Assembly (NCBI GenBank): GCA_041640535.1 | Contig: JBEQAC010000001.1 | Span: 17,083-81,082, forward strand | Direction of reading: 5' to 3' | DNA: 64,000 bases | From: Bacillaceae bacterium | GTDB lineage: Bacteria; Bacillota; Bacilli; Bacillales; Bacillaceae_L | Shown: piece by piece, positions 9,388 to 19,844 of the stretch | Numbering within the stretch: the first letter of the stretch is position 1 | How the letters are laid out: each line of letters starts with the position of its first letter | Made by a program: the position numbers and the translations under genes | The notes under the pieces: model-generated | Databases searched by the model: none | The model's input: only the letters and a program-made list of their open reading frames with translations | What the model was told of the DNA's origin: nothing

Positions 9388-11202
9388 ATGGTAGAGTCAA
9401 CGGTACAAAAGCTACAAAATCGGAATGAAGTTCCAGAAGAGGATACATGGCGATTAGGAGATATTTTTGCCTCAGACGTAGACTGGGAAAAGGAATTCCA
9501 AGAAATTAAAGAGATGATTCCAAAGATCTCTGAATACCAAGGAAAGCTTGGTGAATCTGCAGATGTGTTTTATGAAGCCTTAAGCTATCAAGATACGATT
9601 TCCATGAGATTAGGAAAGTTATATACATACGCACATATGCGCTATGATCAAGACACAGCCAATTCTTTTTACCAAGGTCTTAACGATAGAGCAACTAATT
9701 TATATACACAAGTTGGAAGCGCACTATCGTTTATTGTTCCTGAGATACTTTCAATTGATGAAAGCAAAATTCAAGCCTTCTTAAATGAGAAGGAAGAATT
9801 AAAAGTCTATACCCATTCATTAGAAGAAATTAATAAGCAACGACCACATGTACTATCAGCAAAAGAAGAGGCATTACTAGCTCAAGCTTCTGAAGTTATG
9901 GCATCCTCTAGTAACACATTTGGGATGTTAAATAATGCCGATCTAACGTTTCCGACGATAAAAGATGAGAATGGACAAGAGGTAGAAATTACACATGGTA
10001 GATATATACGCTTTTTAGAAAGTGAAAACCGCACTGTTCGTGAACAAGCGTTTAAAGCAGTATATGAAACCTATGGAAAATATAAAAATACCTTTGGAAG
10101 TACGTTAAATGGAGCAATAAAAAAGGATAATTTTAATGCGAGAGTCCGTAACTATAAATCAGCTCGTGAAGCAGCATTAAGTAATAATAATATCCCAGAA
10201 ACAGTATATGATAACTTGGTTAATACAATAAATGATCATCTTCATCTATTACATCGTTATGTAAGCCTTAGAAAGAAAGTGCTTGGAGTAGAAGAACTGC
10301 ATATGTATGATCTTTATACACCACTTGTGAAAGACGTGAAGATGGAAGTAAAGTATAACGAGGCAAAGGATTATTTATTAAACGGACTAAAACCACTAGG
10401 TGAAGACTATCTCAATGTTGTCAAAGAAGGATTTGAAAATCGTTGGGTCGATGTTCAAGAAAATAAAGGGAAGCGAAGCGGTGCATATTCTTCTGGAGCA
10501 TATGGAACAAATCCATATATCTTAATGAACTGGCAAGATAATGTGAATAATTTATTTACACTCGCTCATGAGTTTGGTCACTCTGTTCATAGCTATTATA
10601 CTCGAAAAAATCAACCATATATCTATGGTAACTACTCAATCTTTGTAGCAGAAGTTGCTTCAACATGTAATGAAGCTTTATTAAATGATTATTTATTAAA
10701 AACCATTGATGATGATAAAAAGCGTTTGTATTTATTAAATCATTTCTTAGAAGGATTTAGAGGCACTGTTTTCCGTCAAACAATGTTTGCAGAATTTGAA
10801 CATTTGATTCACAAAAAAGAACAAGAAGGGGAAGCACTAACTCCTGACTTATTAACTGAAACATATTATGAGCTTAACAAAAAATATTTTGGGGAAGACA
10901 TTGTGATTGACGAAGAAATCGGATTAGAATGGGCAAGAATTCCTCATTTCTACTATAATTATTATGTATATCAATATGCAACAGGATATAGTGCTGCTAC
11001 GGCATTAAGCAAGCAAATCCTGGAAGAAGGAGAGACAGCGGTTAATCGCTACATCAATAATTTCTTGAAAGCGGGAAGCTCTGATTATCCGATTGAAGTC
11101 TTAAAACAAGCAGGTGTTGATATGACTTCATCTGAACCAATTAAGGAAGCATGTAAAGTATTTGAGGAAAAACTCACTGAAATGGAAAAATTATTATCGT
11201 AA
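9388..11202 (+). CDS. pepF: Oligoendopeptidase F (M3B)
   Basis: HEFGH zinc motif, GKRSGAYS, IFVAEVAST, WARIPHFY. Confidence 0.97.
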   Translation: MVESTVQKLQNRNEVPEEDTWRLGDIFASDVDWEKEFQEIKEMIPKISEYQGKLGESADVFYEALSYQDTISMRLGKLYTYAHMRYDQDTANSFYQGLNDRATNLYTQVGSALSFIVPEILSIDESKIQAFLNEKEELKVYTHSLEEINKQRPHVLSAKEEALLAQASEVMASSSNTFGMLNNADLTFPTIKDENGQEVEITHGRYIRFLESENRTVREQAFKAVYETYGKYKNTFGSTLNGAIKKDNFNARVRNYKSAREAALSNNNIPETVYDNLVNTINDHLHLLHRYVSLRKKVLGVEELHMYDLYTPLVKDVKMEVKYNEAKDYLLNGLKPLGEDYLNVVKEGFENRWVDVQENKGKRSGAYSSGAYGTNPYILMNWQDNVNNLFTLAHEFGHSVHSYYTRKNQPYIYGNYSIFVAEVASTCNEALLNDYLLKTIDDDKKRLYLLNHFLEGFRGTVFRQTMFAEFEHLIHKKEQEGEALTPDLLTETYYELNKKYFGEDIVIDEEIGLEWARIPHFYYNYYVYQYATGYSAATALSKQILEEGETAVNRYINNFLKAGSSDYPIEVLKQAGVDMTSSEPIKEACKVFEEKLTEMEKLLS

Positions 11203-11206
11203 TATA

Positions 11207-11243
11207 TAAAATGTGATAACCATGATGCGGTTATCACATTTTT
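11207..11243. terminator. Terminator after pepF
   Basis: AAAATGTGATAACC-atgatgc-GGTTATCACATTTT. Confidence 0.85.
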
Positions 11244-11265
11244 GATTCATAAAGAGAAGTGGGCA

Positions 11266-11454
11266 TTATCTTAGTGAATTAAAGCCTTTAAATCGATTCC
11301 GATTGTTCAGCAGTAATAATGTGAAAAAAATAGAAATAAATAATGGGGGAGCCGTTATATAGAGAGGGATTAAACCCATTAATCCAAAGATGTTAAAGAA
11401 GAATGATAAGAGAATAAATATACATCCAATGACAATCCCAACCTTTTTCACCAA
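11266..11454 (-). CDS. Small two-helix membrane protein
   Basis: Strong SD AAAGGAGG; two hydrophobic segments and a basic tail; sits between pepF and RoxS. Confidence 0.7.
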   Translation of the reverse strand: MVKKVGIVIGCIFILLSFFFNIFGLMGLIPLYITAPPLFISIFFTLLLLNNRNRFKGFNSLR

Positions 11455-11558
11455 CAATACCTCCTTTTCAATTTATGTTTATTCATGTAAAAGGTATTTA
11501 GTTCATTTTTTTGAAAATATGTACAAGTTAATCTAATTACTTAGAAATTATGACAATA

Positions 11559-11608
11559 TTGTGAAATAGCAAACAAACTATTGTTTTATCGACAAAATCT
11601 GATATATT
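11559..11608 (+). promoter_or_regulatory. RoxS promoter with a Rex-like operator
   Basis: TTGTGAAATAGCAAACAA (11559-11576) resembles the Rex box TTGTGAA-N4-TTCACAA. TTGTTT (11581) and extended -10 TGaTATATT (11600-11608). Confidence 0.65.
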
Positions 11609-11614
11609 AGTGAC

Positions 11615-11735
11615 ATGAAGTTTTTATCACAAAACAAACATACCCCTTTGTTTGACCGTGAAAAATTTCTCCCATCCCCTTTATTGTCTTATGACAAATA
11701 GAAAAAAGACTTGACTCAAGTTCAAGTCTTTTTTT
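11615..11735 (+). ncRNA. roxS: RoxS/RsaE small regulatory RNA
   Basis: Contains the RsaE-type sequence ACAAACATACCCCTTTGTTTGA...AAAAATTTCTCCCATCCCCTTT with C-rich seeds. Ends in terminator AAAAAAGACTTGA...TCAAGTCTTTTTTT. Canonical location between pepF and yjbH. Confidence 0.92.
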
Positions 11736-11757
11736 ATTGGAAAAAGGTTTAAGATTC

Positions 11758-12630
11758 CTATTTGTCAATGTAGCGCCAAAATGTTCCGTATTTAACAGGG
11801 ACTTGCTCAACTTCCTGTCTAAGTAACAGTTTTTTCATCTCTCTTTCTACCTCTAGGATGGTCAAGTTATATACTTCCGCAATTTCTTTAGACCCTACAA
11901 ATTTGAAGTATTTTAAAAACTCCTCGAGAGGGGGAGCAGAATCAGGACGATGCTCTTCTCCTATCATTTCATGAAGAATATGAACATACATATCATATGG
12001 ATAAATACCGGTAATTTTAATGCCTTCATCTTCAATATTCTCATTAAAGAATACGAGTGTAGGAATTTTATCTACTTCCATTTCCGAAGTAATTCTTAAG
12101 TCGCATTGAAACGCCTTCGCAGCGCTTGAGGAATGGAGATCACGGGTAAATTCGTTTACATCCAATCCAACTAAAGAGGCACATTCTAATAACACACTTT
12201 CATCAGAAATATTTAGCTTTTCAAGAAACAATAACTCTTGAAGCTTCCGTAGGTATCGTAAACCATGACGCTTCCCCTGCAATTCGGCAGCTTTTATTGC
12301 AATCGAAACTGCATAAGGAGTCTCAATCGGGTTTTCTAGCCAAAGTGTACCATCACAAGACATACCTGTACGATTCGCGGTTCTCTCCCAGTTTTGTACC
12401 ATATTTTCTACTTTTTGTCTTCCAAGATTTAATGTTGCTAAACGTCCGCTAAGGATATGGCGTATTGTAAAAAAACGGCCATATTCAATATAAAGCTTCT
12501 TTAAAATAGGCTCTAATGCCCAGCATTCAGGACAGAGAGGATCAATAAACATATAAATTTCCAGTGGCTTTTTAGCACTACTCTGAAAAATCTGAGTAGG
12601 TAACCATTTTGGATAGTGTTTTGAACTCAA
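11758..12630 (-). CDS. yjbH: ClpXP adaptor for Spx (YjbH/SpxH), DsbA-like
   Basis: [36 protein letters not shown]; overlaps the yjbI stop. Confidence 0.95.
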   Translation of the reverse strand: MSSKHYPKWLPTQIFQSSAKKPLEIYMFIDPLCPECWALEPILKKLYIEYGRFFTIRHILSGRLATLNLGRQKVENMVQNWERTANRTGMSCDGTLWLENPIETPYAVSIAIKAAELQGKRHGLRYLRKLQELLFLEKLNISDESVLLECASLVGLDVNEFTRDLHSSSAAKAFQCDLRITSEMEVDKIPTLVFFNENIEDEGIKITGIYPYDMYVHILHEMIGEEHRPDSAPPLEEFLKYFKFVGSKEIAEVYNLTILEVEREMKKLLLRQEVEQVPVKYGTFWRYIDK

Positions 12631-13037
12631 GATAAAACTCCTTTCTCATGAGGATCATCAGGAGTATTAATCATGTGTTGTGCAGTAAGGATAAGGCGGT
12701 GGTAGAACTCGTCTCTTGCTGGACCCTCCAACCCTACTTCATCCATCGCTTCTTTCATACAGGCAAGCCATGCTTTTGCTCTAGTTGGTGTTATTTCAAA
12801 CGGCATATGTCTTGCACGAAGCATTGGGTGTCCATGCTCCATTGTATAAAGCGAAGGTCCACCTAAATATTGAGTAAGAAATTGTTTTTGAACTCTTGCT
12901 GTTTCTGATAGATCATTAGGGAAAATAGGAGATAATGCTGGATGTTGTCCGACTCTGGTGTAAAATGCATCTACAAGCTTTGAAAGAACTTTTTCTCCTC
13001 CAATAGCTTTGAAAGGTGATTGGAATGTTTCGGACAT
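12627..13037 (-). CDS. yjbI: Truncated (group II) hemoglobin
   Basis: [37 protein letters not shown]. Confidence 0.96.
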   Translation of the reverse strand: MSETFQSPFKAIGGEKVLSKLVDAFYTRVGQHPALSPIFPNDLSETARVQKQFLTQYLGGPSLYTMEHGHPMLRARHMPFEITPTRAKAWLACMKEAMDEVGLEGPARDEFYHRLILTAQHMINTPDDPHEKGVLS

Positions 13038-13091
13038 ATAAAAAACTCCTTTGTGATGAAAAGTAATATATTTTTAATATCTGATATATTT

Positions 13092-13120
13092 ATTTTAGCA
13101 ATGGAGAAGAGATATCTCAA
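13092..13120 (-). promoter_or_regulatory. Sigma-A promoter of yjbIH
   Basis: TTGAGA-N17-TAAAAT with extended TG on the minus strand. Confidence 0.7.
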
Positions 13121-13160
13121 ATAAAGAGCACCTGAAACAAAATGGAAAATAAAGGGGATG

Positions 13161-13183
13161 AAGAAAACTCGCCGATTGGCGAG
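13161..13183 (-). terminator. Terminator after yjbJ
   Basis: CTCGCC-aatc-GGCGAG followed by TTTTCTT on the minus strand. Confidence 0.65.
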
Positions 13184-13196
13184 CCATAAAGTTATT

Positions 13197-13838
13197 TTAA
13201 CTATAATAACTATTGGAGACTTTTGCTACATAGCCTTGCGTTTCTTTAAAGGGAGGAATTCCTCCATATTTATCAACATTTCCTGGACCAGCATTATAGG
13301 CTGCTAAGGCAAGTGAAATATTACCGTCGTATCGGTTTAACATTTGTCTTAAATACTTGGCACCACCTTCAATATTCTGCGCAGGATCATATGGATTCAT
13401 TACGCCTAAAGATCTTGCTGTAGCTGGCATCAATTGCATTAGCCCAATCGCACCTGCATGACTTTTTGCATTAGGATTAAAATTTGATTCATGTTTAATC
13501 ACGGACGAGATTAGCTTTGGGTCAAGATTATATTTCATTGCTGCTTGGTCGATTAGGCCCGAAATTTTAGAAGGTGTAGGGCTAGTATTCATTTTATCCA
13601 TAAGCGCAAACTGTAAATTTGATGTGATAGGACTCGTAAAGGAGTGTAATTGTAATGGCATCTCGACCACATTCGTAGGTGAATTGGCTTCAGAACGGAT
13701 GGGGGTGGATGAAATTAACTGCTCAAATAACTGTTTAAAAAGCGAAGGTTCTGAGTGATTTTCGTTTTTGGCCGTATCTGTAGCACTCATACTTCTAATT
13801 GCTTGTAGCTCCATCATGACCTTGTAATCTATTTTCAT
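13197..13838 (-). CDS. yjbJ: Lytic transglycosylase, SLT domain (YjbJ/CwlQ)
   Basis: IKHESNFNP, GAIGLMQLMP, ALAAYNAGPG, ETQGYV. Likely start ATG 13838. Confidence 0.93.
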   Translation of the reverse strand: MKIDYKVMMELQAIRSMSATDTAKNENHSEPSLFKQLFEQLISSTPIRSEANSPTNVVEMPLQLHSFTSPITSNLQFALMDKMNTSPTPSKISGLIDQAAMKYNLDPKLISSVIKHESNFNPNAKSHAGAIGLMQLMPATARSLGVMNPYDPAQNIEGGAKYLRQMLNRYDGNISLALAAYNAGPGNVDKYGGIPPFKETQGYVAKVSNSYYS

Positions 13839-14433
13839 TGTCGGATTCTCCATTTAATAGATGTTTTTTTCTAATGTAGAAGCGTTGTATCTTATTTTGT
13901 GTTTCTCTAATCGGTATGTTTATTTGTTCGAGCAACTCTTTAAAATGAGCCTTGCCTTCAGCCTCATTATCTACTTCATATTCTACTTCATAATCCTCAA
14001 CATTTAAATAAAAACTATGGTCTAGCACAATCTTTCCATTTTTATATAGGACTTCTGAACGGTTTGTTCGTAAAGATCCGAAATATTCAAGCTCTTTTTC
14101 ATTTATCCCCATCGATTTTATTTGTTCTTTGATTTGGCCTGTGATCATTTCAGTTCCTGCTAAAAGTAACTTTGCTTGTTGGGTGGATAGTGATTGATGC
14201 GTTTCTAATAATCCCACCTTATTTGGTTGTTTTAAGGTTAGGACAAATTGATCTTGTTTTGATCTTATTCTTAGAGCGGCTCCCTTGGATTTTAATTGAA
14301 AATTTATAGTATCAAAATAATGATTTTCTTGAAAGGCAAATTGTTCATTGGTTATGTGAAAGTAACTTTTAAGTTTTTCAAATTCATCTTGTTTTAGCAA
14401 GTTTTTAAATTCGATTTCAATCTCTTGTTTCAA
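13795..14433 (-). CDS. yjbK: CYTH domain protein
   Basis: EIEFK, QENHYFDT, ALRIR, LTLK, DYEVEYE. Confidence 0.92.
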   Translation of the reverse strand: MKQEIEIEFKNLLKQDEFEKLKSYFHITNEQFAFQENHYFDTINFQLKSKGAALRIRSKQDQFVLTLKQPNKVGLLETHQSLSTQQAKLLLAGTEMITGQIKEQIKSMGINEKELEYFGSLRTNRSEVLYKNGKIVLDHSFYLNVEDYEVEYEVDNEAEGKAHFKELLEQINIPIRETQNKIQRFYIRKKHLLNGESDNENRLQGHDGATSN

Positions 14434-14574
14434 CAGTTCTTCTTCCTTTCTTGCTGAATTTTGTGTCCTTATTATCTCTTTTTACTGACAGGTTAGCAAT
14501 ATATATAGAGATATTATCATGGACTTGCTGAATGTGGTAAAATATAGTTGGATTACGCGAGAGGAGATTATTCG

Positions 14575-14961
14575 ATGCAAAAAAGGATTGAAGTTATTGA
14601 TGCTAGGACTACAAACAAACAGAAAATAGAGCTGTCAACAGCTGATTCACAATTTGAGAATGTAGAACTAAAAGCAACAGGGCAAATGCTTGTTGATTCT
14701 GATTCTAAATCGTTTATCTATATACTAGAAAATGATGATCAATATATTTATGTCAGTCTACCTGAAAAGATTTGGCCAGCGCTCCAACAAATATTGGAGC
14801 ATGATGATAAAGTATTCCTAAAGGTAAATGGCCATGAAATAGAATTAACGGAAATTCGTGCCGAGCTATTATATTTAATAAGTAATATTGAAGGTAATGC
14901 AAATTATGGTGATGATATGGTAAAACGAGTAGAAGAGGTTTTTCTAAATCGTCAGTCTTAA
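14575..14961 (+). CDS. yjbL: UPF0738 protein YjbL
   Basis: GQMLVDSD..FIY and LISNIEGNANYG motifs; SD GAGGAG; upstream of yjbM. Confidence 0.85.
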   Translation: MQKRIEVIDARTTNKQKIELSTADSQFENVELKATGQMLVDSDSKSFIYILENDDQYIYVSLPEKIWPALQQILEHDDKVFLKVNGHEIELTEIRAELLYLISNIEGNANYGDDMVKRVEEVFLNRQS

Positions 14962-15066
14962 GTAAGAATACCATAACATATTAGAGAATTTCAGAATGTC
15001 ATCTTGATTCATAGGTGAGATCCAACCTCGGCATCTGATATTTACATATAAGAGGGTGTGTATTCC

Positions 15067-15702
15067 ATGATTAAACATTGGGATCATTTTCTTGCTCCTT
15101 ATGAGCAAGCAGTGGATGAACTAAAGGTAAAACTAAAAGGAATGAGAACACAATTTGAAATGCAAGGGGTTCATTCACCGATTGAATTTGTAACGGGACG
15201 AGTAAAGCCGATTGCGAGTATTTTGGATAAGGCAAACAAAAAAGATATCCCACTTGATAAATTATCTGAACAAATGCAGGATATTGCAGGTCTTCGAATG
15301 ATGTGTCAATTTGTGGACGATGTTAGCAAAGTAGTGGAATTATTAAGAAACCGTAACGATTTTGAGATCGTTGAAGAGCGTGATTATGTATCTCAGAAGA
15401 AAAATAGTGGGTATCGTTCTTTTCATATTGTCATAAGTTATCCTGTTCAAACCATTTCAGGAGAAAAAAAGATTTTAGTGGAAATACAAATTCGTACACT
15501 GGCAATGAATTTTTGGGCAACGATTGAGCATTCTCTTAATTATAAATATCGTGGACGTTTCCCAAAGGATATTGAGCTTCGTCTACAACGAGCGGCAGAG
15601 GCAGCATTCCAACTAGATGAAGAAATGTCCAAAATCAGAGTGGAAATTCAAGAAGCCCAAGCGATTTTTTCGCGAAAAAAAGAGGGAAATGAATCGGAAT
15701 AA
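15067..15702 (+). CDS. yjbM: Small alarmone (p)ppGpp synthetase RelQ/SasB
   Basis: [48 protein letters not shown]. Confidence 0.96.
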   Translation: MIKHWDHFLAPYEQAVDELKVKLKGMRTQFEMQGVHSPIEFVTGRVKPIASILDKANKKDIPLDKLSEQMQDIAGLRMMCQFVDDVSKVVELLRNRNDFEIVEERDYVSQKKNSGYRSFHIVISYPVQTISGEKKILVEIQIRTLAMNFWATIEHSLNYKYRGRFPKDIELRLQRAAEAAFQLDEEMSKIRVEIQEAQAIFSRKKEGNESE

Positions 15703-15727
15703 ATTTAATTTAGATAGGGTGTATGAA

Positions 15728-16522
15728 ATGAGATTTGCAATAACTTCAAAAGGTGATTCTACATCTAATACGCTTATGCAGAAAATGAGAACTTATTTAT
15801 CAGACTTTGAGTTAGTATATGATGAAGATAAACCCGATATTGTTATTTCAATTGGCGGTGATGGTACGCTGCTTTACGCGTTTCATCGATATAAAAGCAG
15901 GCTTAGTCAAACTGCATTTGTAGGGGTACATACAGGACATCTTGGTTTTTACGCGGATTGGGTGCCTGAGGAAATTGAAAAGCTTGTCATTGCGATCGCA
16001 AAAACACCATATCAAGTTGTGGAATATCCTTTACTGGAAGTCATAATTCGATACATTGGTGGAGGAAGAGAAGCAAAGTATCTAGCACTTAATGAGTGTA
16101 CGGTTAAGAGTATAGAAGGGTCACTTGTGATGGATTTAGAAATAAAGGGGCAATTGTTTGAAACCTTTCGGGGAGATGGTCTGTGTATTTCAACTCCTTC
16201 GGGCAGTACAGCTTATAATAAAGCTTTAGGTGGAGCAATTATTCATCCATCGATTCCTGCTATACAAATTGCAGAAATGGCGTCCATCAATAATCGAGTT
16301 TTCAGAACCGTAGGATCACCACTCATTTTACCAGACCATCATACATGTATGCTTAAACCCGTAAATGATGTTGATTTCCAAATTACGATCGACCATTTAA
16401 CTCTTCTCCATAAAGATGTGAAATCTATACAATGCCGAGTAGCAGCAGAAAAAATCCGCTTTGCAAGATATCGTTCATTTCCATTCTGGAAAAGGGTTAA
16501 AGATTCATTTATCTCTGGTTGA
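15728..16522 (+). CDS. ppnK: NAD kinase
   Basis: [34 protein letters not shown]. True start is ATG 15728. Confidence 0.96.
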   Translation: MRFAITSKGDSTSNTLMQKMRTYLSDFELVYDEDKPDIVISIGGDGTLLYAFHRYKSRLSQTAFVGVHTGHLGFYADWVPEEIEKLVIAIAKTPYQVVEYPLLEVIIRYIGGGREAKYLALNECTVKSIEGSLVMDLEIKGQLFETFRGDGLCISTPSGSTAYNKALGGAIIHPSIPAIQIAEMASINNRVFRTVGSPLILPDHHTCMLKPVNDVDFQITIDHLTLLHKDVKSIQCRVAAEKIRFARYRSFPFWKRVKDSFISG

Positions 16523-16531
16523 GAAGAGGAG

Positions 16532-17440
16532 ATGGAATTGAAACGTTTTACGCTTGAATGGACAATAACTGAAAGAGATTCAAGTAAGCAGATTAAAGAG
16601 TTTTTGAAAGAGTATCATCTTTCAAAGGCAGCATTAACGGATATTAAGTTTTACGGTGGATCAATTTCAGTTGATGGGGAAAAAGTGGATGTTCGGCATA
16701 AACTTCAAACTGGTGAGAATCTGATGATAGTTTTTCCTAAGGAAATCCCAAGCAAAGATATGTTGCCAAAAGAGATTCCATTGGATATTGTATATGAAGA
16801 TTCGTATTTATTGGTCATTAATAAACAACCTTACCTTCCTACTATTCCTTCACGTGAACATCCGACCGATAGTTTAGCAAATGCAATTTTGCATTATTAT
16901 CATAGAATCGGCTTAACTTCGACGATTCATATGGTTAACAGACTTGATCGTGATACTTCTGGACTTCTTGTTGTTGCGAAGTATCGTCATATTCATCATT
17001 TGCTCGTCATACAGCAAAAAGAAGGAATAATGAAACGTCAATATCAGGCAATTACACATGGATTAATAAAACAATCTGGGGGTACCATTAATGCTCCGAT
17101 AGGTAGAAAACAAGATAGTATTATCGAACGGACTGTAAGGGATGATGGTCAATATGCTGTCACACATTATTCGCTGCTAGAAAAATTAGAAAATCTAACC
17201 CATGTTTCAGTTCAACTAGAAACCGGAAGGACCCACCAAATACGTGTACATTTTTCATCCATTGGCCATCCATTGGTTGGAGATGATCTCTATGGAGGTT
17301 CTAAAGACTTACTAAATCGACAAGCCCTTCACTGTAGTAATCTTGAATTTACTCATCCAATTGATCAAAGGAAACTTAAGTTTTCAGCTTCATTACCAGA
17401 TGATATGAAAGAGCTATTACTTAAATATAGAAATTTATAG
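16532..17440 (+). CDS. yjbO: RluA/RluD family pseudouridine synthase
   Basis: NRLDRDTSG catalytic motif, LETGRTHQIRVH, GDDLYG, RQALH. Confidence 0.93.
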   Translation: MELKRFTLEWTITERDSSKQIKEFLKEYHLSKAALTDIKFYGGSISVDGEKVDVRHKLQTGENLMIVFPKEIPSKDMLPKEIPLDIVYEDSYLLVINKQPYLPTIPSREHPTDSLANAILHYYHRIGLTSTIHMVNRLDRDTSGLLVVAKYRHIHHLLVIQQKEGIMKRQYQAITHGLIKQSGGTINAPIGRKQDSIIERTVRDDGQYAVTHYSLLEKLENLTHVSVQLETGRTHQIRVHFSSIGHPLVGDDLYGGSKDLLNRQALHCSNLEFTHPIDQRKLKFSASLPDDMKELLLKYRNL

Positions 17441-17462
17441 GGCTATCCGTGGGGATAGCCTA
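17440..17462. terminator. Stem-loop between yjbO and prpE
   Basis: GGCTATCC-gtgg-GGATAGCC. Confidence 0.7.
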
Positions 17463-17468
17463 AATTTA

Positions 17469-18206
17469 TTAACTAAAGGAACGAAACTTTTCTTCAACGA
17501 GTGGCATTGAAGAAGGGACAGAGAGGGTTTCAATTTCAGGATAGCGGAAAGCTGATAATTTTCCTCCAAAGACAGCACCTGTATCTATGTTAATGGTTTG
17601 ATTGAAAAACCTTGGTTCTTTAACAGGTGTATGTCCATACACATTCCAAGCTTGTCCCTTATAATGTTTGGCCCAGTCACGACGTTCAGGGGTTCCATCA
17701 GGGTTTTTCTTTCCTGTTATATCTCCATATAAGACAAATGTCTTCACTCTTTTGTCATTTTTACCGATATAATCCTGTCTAATGCCTGCATGTGAAACAA
17801 TAAGCTTCCCATCATCCAGAACTTGATACAATGGTGACGATTCATATAGCCACATAAATTTTTGCTTGATACTTGATTGCTCCTTTTTAGGGATGCTTTC
17901 ATATTCCGCTACAGTTGTCTCTAATCCATGTGTAATTTGAACGTTTCTTCCTAAGAAGAAGCGATACAGTTTATCACAATGGTTTCCAGGTACATAATAT
18001 CCACCTGCTTGTTTCACAATTTGATAGACGGCTTCGATTACTTGAAGAGAATGTGGTCCACGATCTGTTAAATCTCCAACAAATGCGAGCTTTCTCCCTT
18101 CTGGGTGGATGGGAAGATTAGAATCCCAAGAGTATCCCATTTTTTCCGTCAATTCAACAAATTCTTGATAGCAACCATGTATATCCCCAATCACATCGAC
18201 TTTCAT
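17469..18206 (-). CDS. prpE: Bis(5'-nucleosyl)-tetraphosphatase/phosphatase PrpE
   Basis: Metallophosphoesterase motifs GDIHG, GDLTDRG, GNH, HAG, GHTP, IDTG. Confidence 0.94.
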   Translation of the reverse strand: MKVDVIGDIHGCYQEFVELTEKMGYSWDSNLPIHPEGRKLAFVGDLTDRGPHSLQVIEAVYQIVKQAGGYYVPGNHCDKLYRFFLGRNVQITHGLETTVAEYESIPKKEQSSIKQKFMWLYESSPLYQVLDDGKLIVSHAGIRQDYIGKNDKRVKTFVLYGDITGKKNPDGTPERRDWAKHYKGQAWNVYGHTPVKEPRFFNQTINIDTGAVFGGKLSAFRYPEIETLSVPSSMPLVEEKFRSFS

Positions 18207-18243
18207 CTCTATTCAACCTTTCTCACTTCTTCTCTAATCTAAT

Positions 18244-18461
18244 GGCTGTTTTCTAAAAGATTGTTGTTTTTAAAACGAATTAACTTTATTAAAATGGGGC
18301 TCACTTGATTGGAACGGAAGGTGTGTGACTCCTGCGGGATCTGCAGGAAGGATGAGACCCCGCAGGCACGAGGAGGCTCATCACCTGCCTCGCGGAAAGC
18401 ACACACCTGGAGTGCAAATCAACATACCTTGTTAAATAGCAACAAATTTTCGAAAACAGCC
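18244..18461. mobile_element. MITE-like non-autonomous element, copy 2
   Basis: Perfect 10-bp terminal IR GGCTGTTTTC/GAAAACAGCC, extending imperfectly to about 22 bp. Flanks AATCTAAT (18236-18243) and AATCTAAA (18462-18469). Core 18305-18423 differs from copy 1 at one base. Confidence 0.85.
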
Positions 18462-18466
18462 AATCT

Positions 18467-18505
18467 AAAAAACATCATCCTCCTTATTATTAGAAAGATG
18501 ATGCT
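18467..18505 (-). terminator. Terminator after the SEDS gene
   Basis: Minus strand CATCATCTTT...AGGATGATG followed by T6. Confidence 0.6.
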
Positions 18506-18521
18506 GATCTAGTATAGTTTC

Positions 18522-19685
18522 TTAATCAAACATAAACTTTTTCGTTCTTGAACGAACATTCAAGACAATGCCGATTGCGATCATATAGGTAGCAAGTGAG
18601 CTACCACCGTAGCTGATAAAAGGAAGAGGTAGTCCTGTGATTGGAAGTATACCAATGGTCATTCCGATGTTTTGGAAGACCTGAAATGTGATCATTCCAA
18701 TTACCCCTGCACATAAGTAGCTACCAAATGGGTCATGACTCTCAAGCGCTGTATGAATCATGCGGTAGATCAGTAAAAAGAAGAGTGAGATGACGATACT
18801 CGCGCCAACAAATCCAAATTGTTCGGCTATGACCGCAAAGATGAAATCAGTATGCCCTTCAGGTAAATAAACCTCGGTATTTTGATACCCTTTCCCTTTC
18901 AATTCCCCAGATCCAATAGCAAGCATGGAGCGGACGAGCTGGAAGCCCTGTTCATTTGAATATTGCTCAGGCTTAAGCCAACCATAGAATCGATTAAGCT
19001 GATATTCTTGCAAAAAATACTTGTGGAAAAAATCAGGAAAGGCAAAGTAGATATAGACGACGGTCGAAATGGTAACAAGGCCCACTGAAAGAAATCCTAA
19101 AATGATTCTCCACTTGATTCCTGATACAATAAGTAGGGAAGCTATGATGGCTGTAAAGACCATCATCATTCCCATATCTGGTTGTTCCTTAAGTAAATAC
19201 ATTGGTGGGGCTGAAGCAAGCAATACCTTTCCTATTAATAAAAAATCATCCTTTACAGTATTAACTGGATATTTTTCTCGATGTTCAACAATAATTTTAC
19301 TTAAAACAATGATCATAAAAATTTTCATTAGCTCTGAAGGTTGAAAATTTCCTATACCTGGTAATTGATACCAACTTGTGGCACCTTTAATCGTTAACGT
19401 ACCAGGGACATTAATATGAAGACCGAGTAACAATAATAATCCAAAACCATATAAATACCACGAGATCATTTTGAAACGATCAAAGTCGATGACCATGGTC
19501 CCTGCGATGGCAACTAAACCAATAATATACCATCGAATCTGAAGCGCCATAAAATTGATCACCTGCAGTTTTTCAGGTAATGATGGTTGATAGCTTTTGA
19601 TCGCAATGCAACTAACAATGGCCATTAAAAATAAGATGAAAATGATGGTATAATCAAACTTTTGAGGAATTGTTTCTTTTTCCAT
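18522..19685 (-). CDS. SEDS family (RodA/FtsW/SpoVE) peptidoglycan polymerase
   Basis: GATSW, FQPSELMK, QPDMG, GFQL..S..AIGSG, PEGHTDFIF, PITGLPLPFISYGGSS. Start ATG 19685 after SD GAAAGGA. Confidence 0.95.
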   Translation of the reverse strand: MEKETIPQKFDYTIIFILFLMAIVSCIAIKSYQPSLPEKLQVINFMALQIRWYIIGLVAIAGTMVIDFDRFKMISWYLYGFGLLLLLGLHINVPGTLTIKGATSWYQLPGIGNFQPSELMKIFMIIVLSKIIVEHREKYPVNTVKDDFLLIGKVLLASAPPMYLLKEQPDMGMMMVFTAIIASLLIVSGIKWRIILGFLSVGLVTISTVVYIYFAFPDFFHKYFLQEYQLNRFYGWLKPEQYSNEQGFQLVRSMLAIGSGELKGKGYQNTEVYLPEGHTDFIFAVIAEQFGFVGASIVISLFFLLIYRMIHTALESHDPFGSYLCAGVIGMITFQVFQNIGMTIGILPITGLPLPFISYGGSSLATYMIAIGIVLNVRSRTKKFMFD

Positions 19686-19844
19686 GTGCAAATCCTTTCT
19701 ATATATATACAAGTTGTTTTAAACTTAGTAAGTAAGATTTTTATTCACTACATAATCTTAGCTTATTTTTATCTCTTTGCAAATCATAACAATTAAGATG
19801 TATGTTTTTCGTGTCATTTTGAAGTTGGAGAGGAGGGACATCAT

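Noticed and set aside
11607-11810. 67-aa minus-strand ORF
   Set aside because: It is antisense to RoxS, overlaps the yjbH end and has no credible SD.
13148-13160. 13-bp exact complement (AATAAAGGGGATG) of the RoxS seed at 11673-11685
   Set aside because: It is on the plus strand between the yjbJ terminator and the yjbI promoter, where no plus-strand transcript is evident; chance is plausible.
15617-15727. N-terminal extensions in the ORF track (ppnK; also 26095, 29811, 38240, 47096)
   Set aside because: They overlap upstream genes; SD-supported starts and family N-termini lie downstream.
3781-18461. CRISPR array or autonomous IS
   Set aside because: Two dispersed copies only, with no repeat-spacer periodicity and no cas or transposase ORF.
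18309-18512. 67-aa ORF with a CDSCGIC motif
   Set aside because: It lies inside MITE copy 2, has no SD, and the Cys pattern comes from the repeat core.
19686-19844. M-box riboswitch upstream of mgtE
   Set aside because: Only about 160 bp of AT-rich divergent intergenic DNA, with no recognisable aptamer or terminator.
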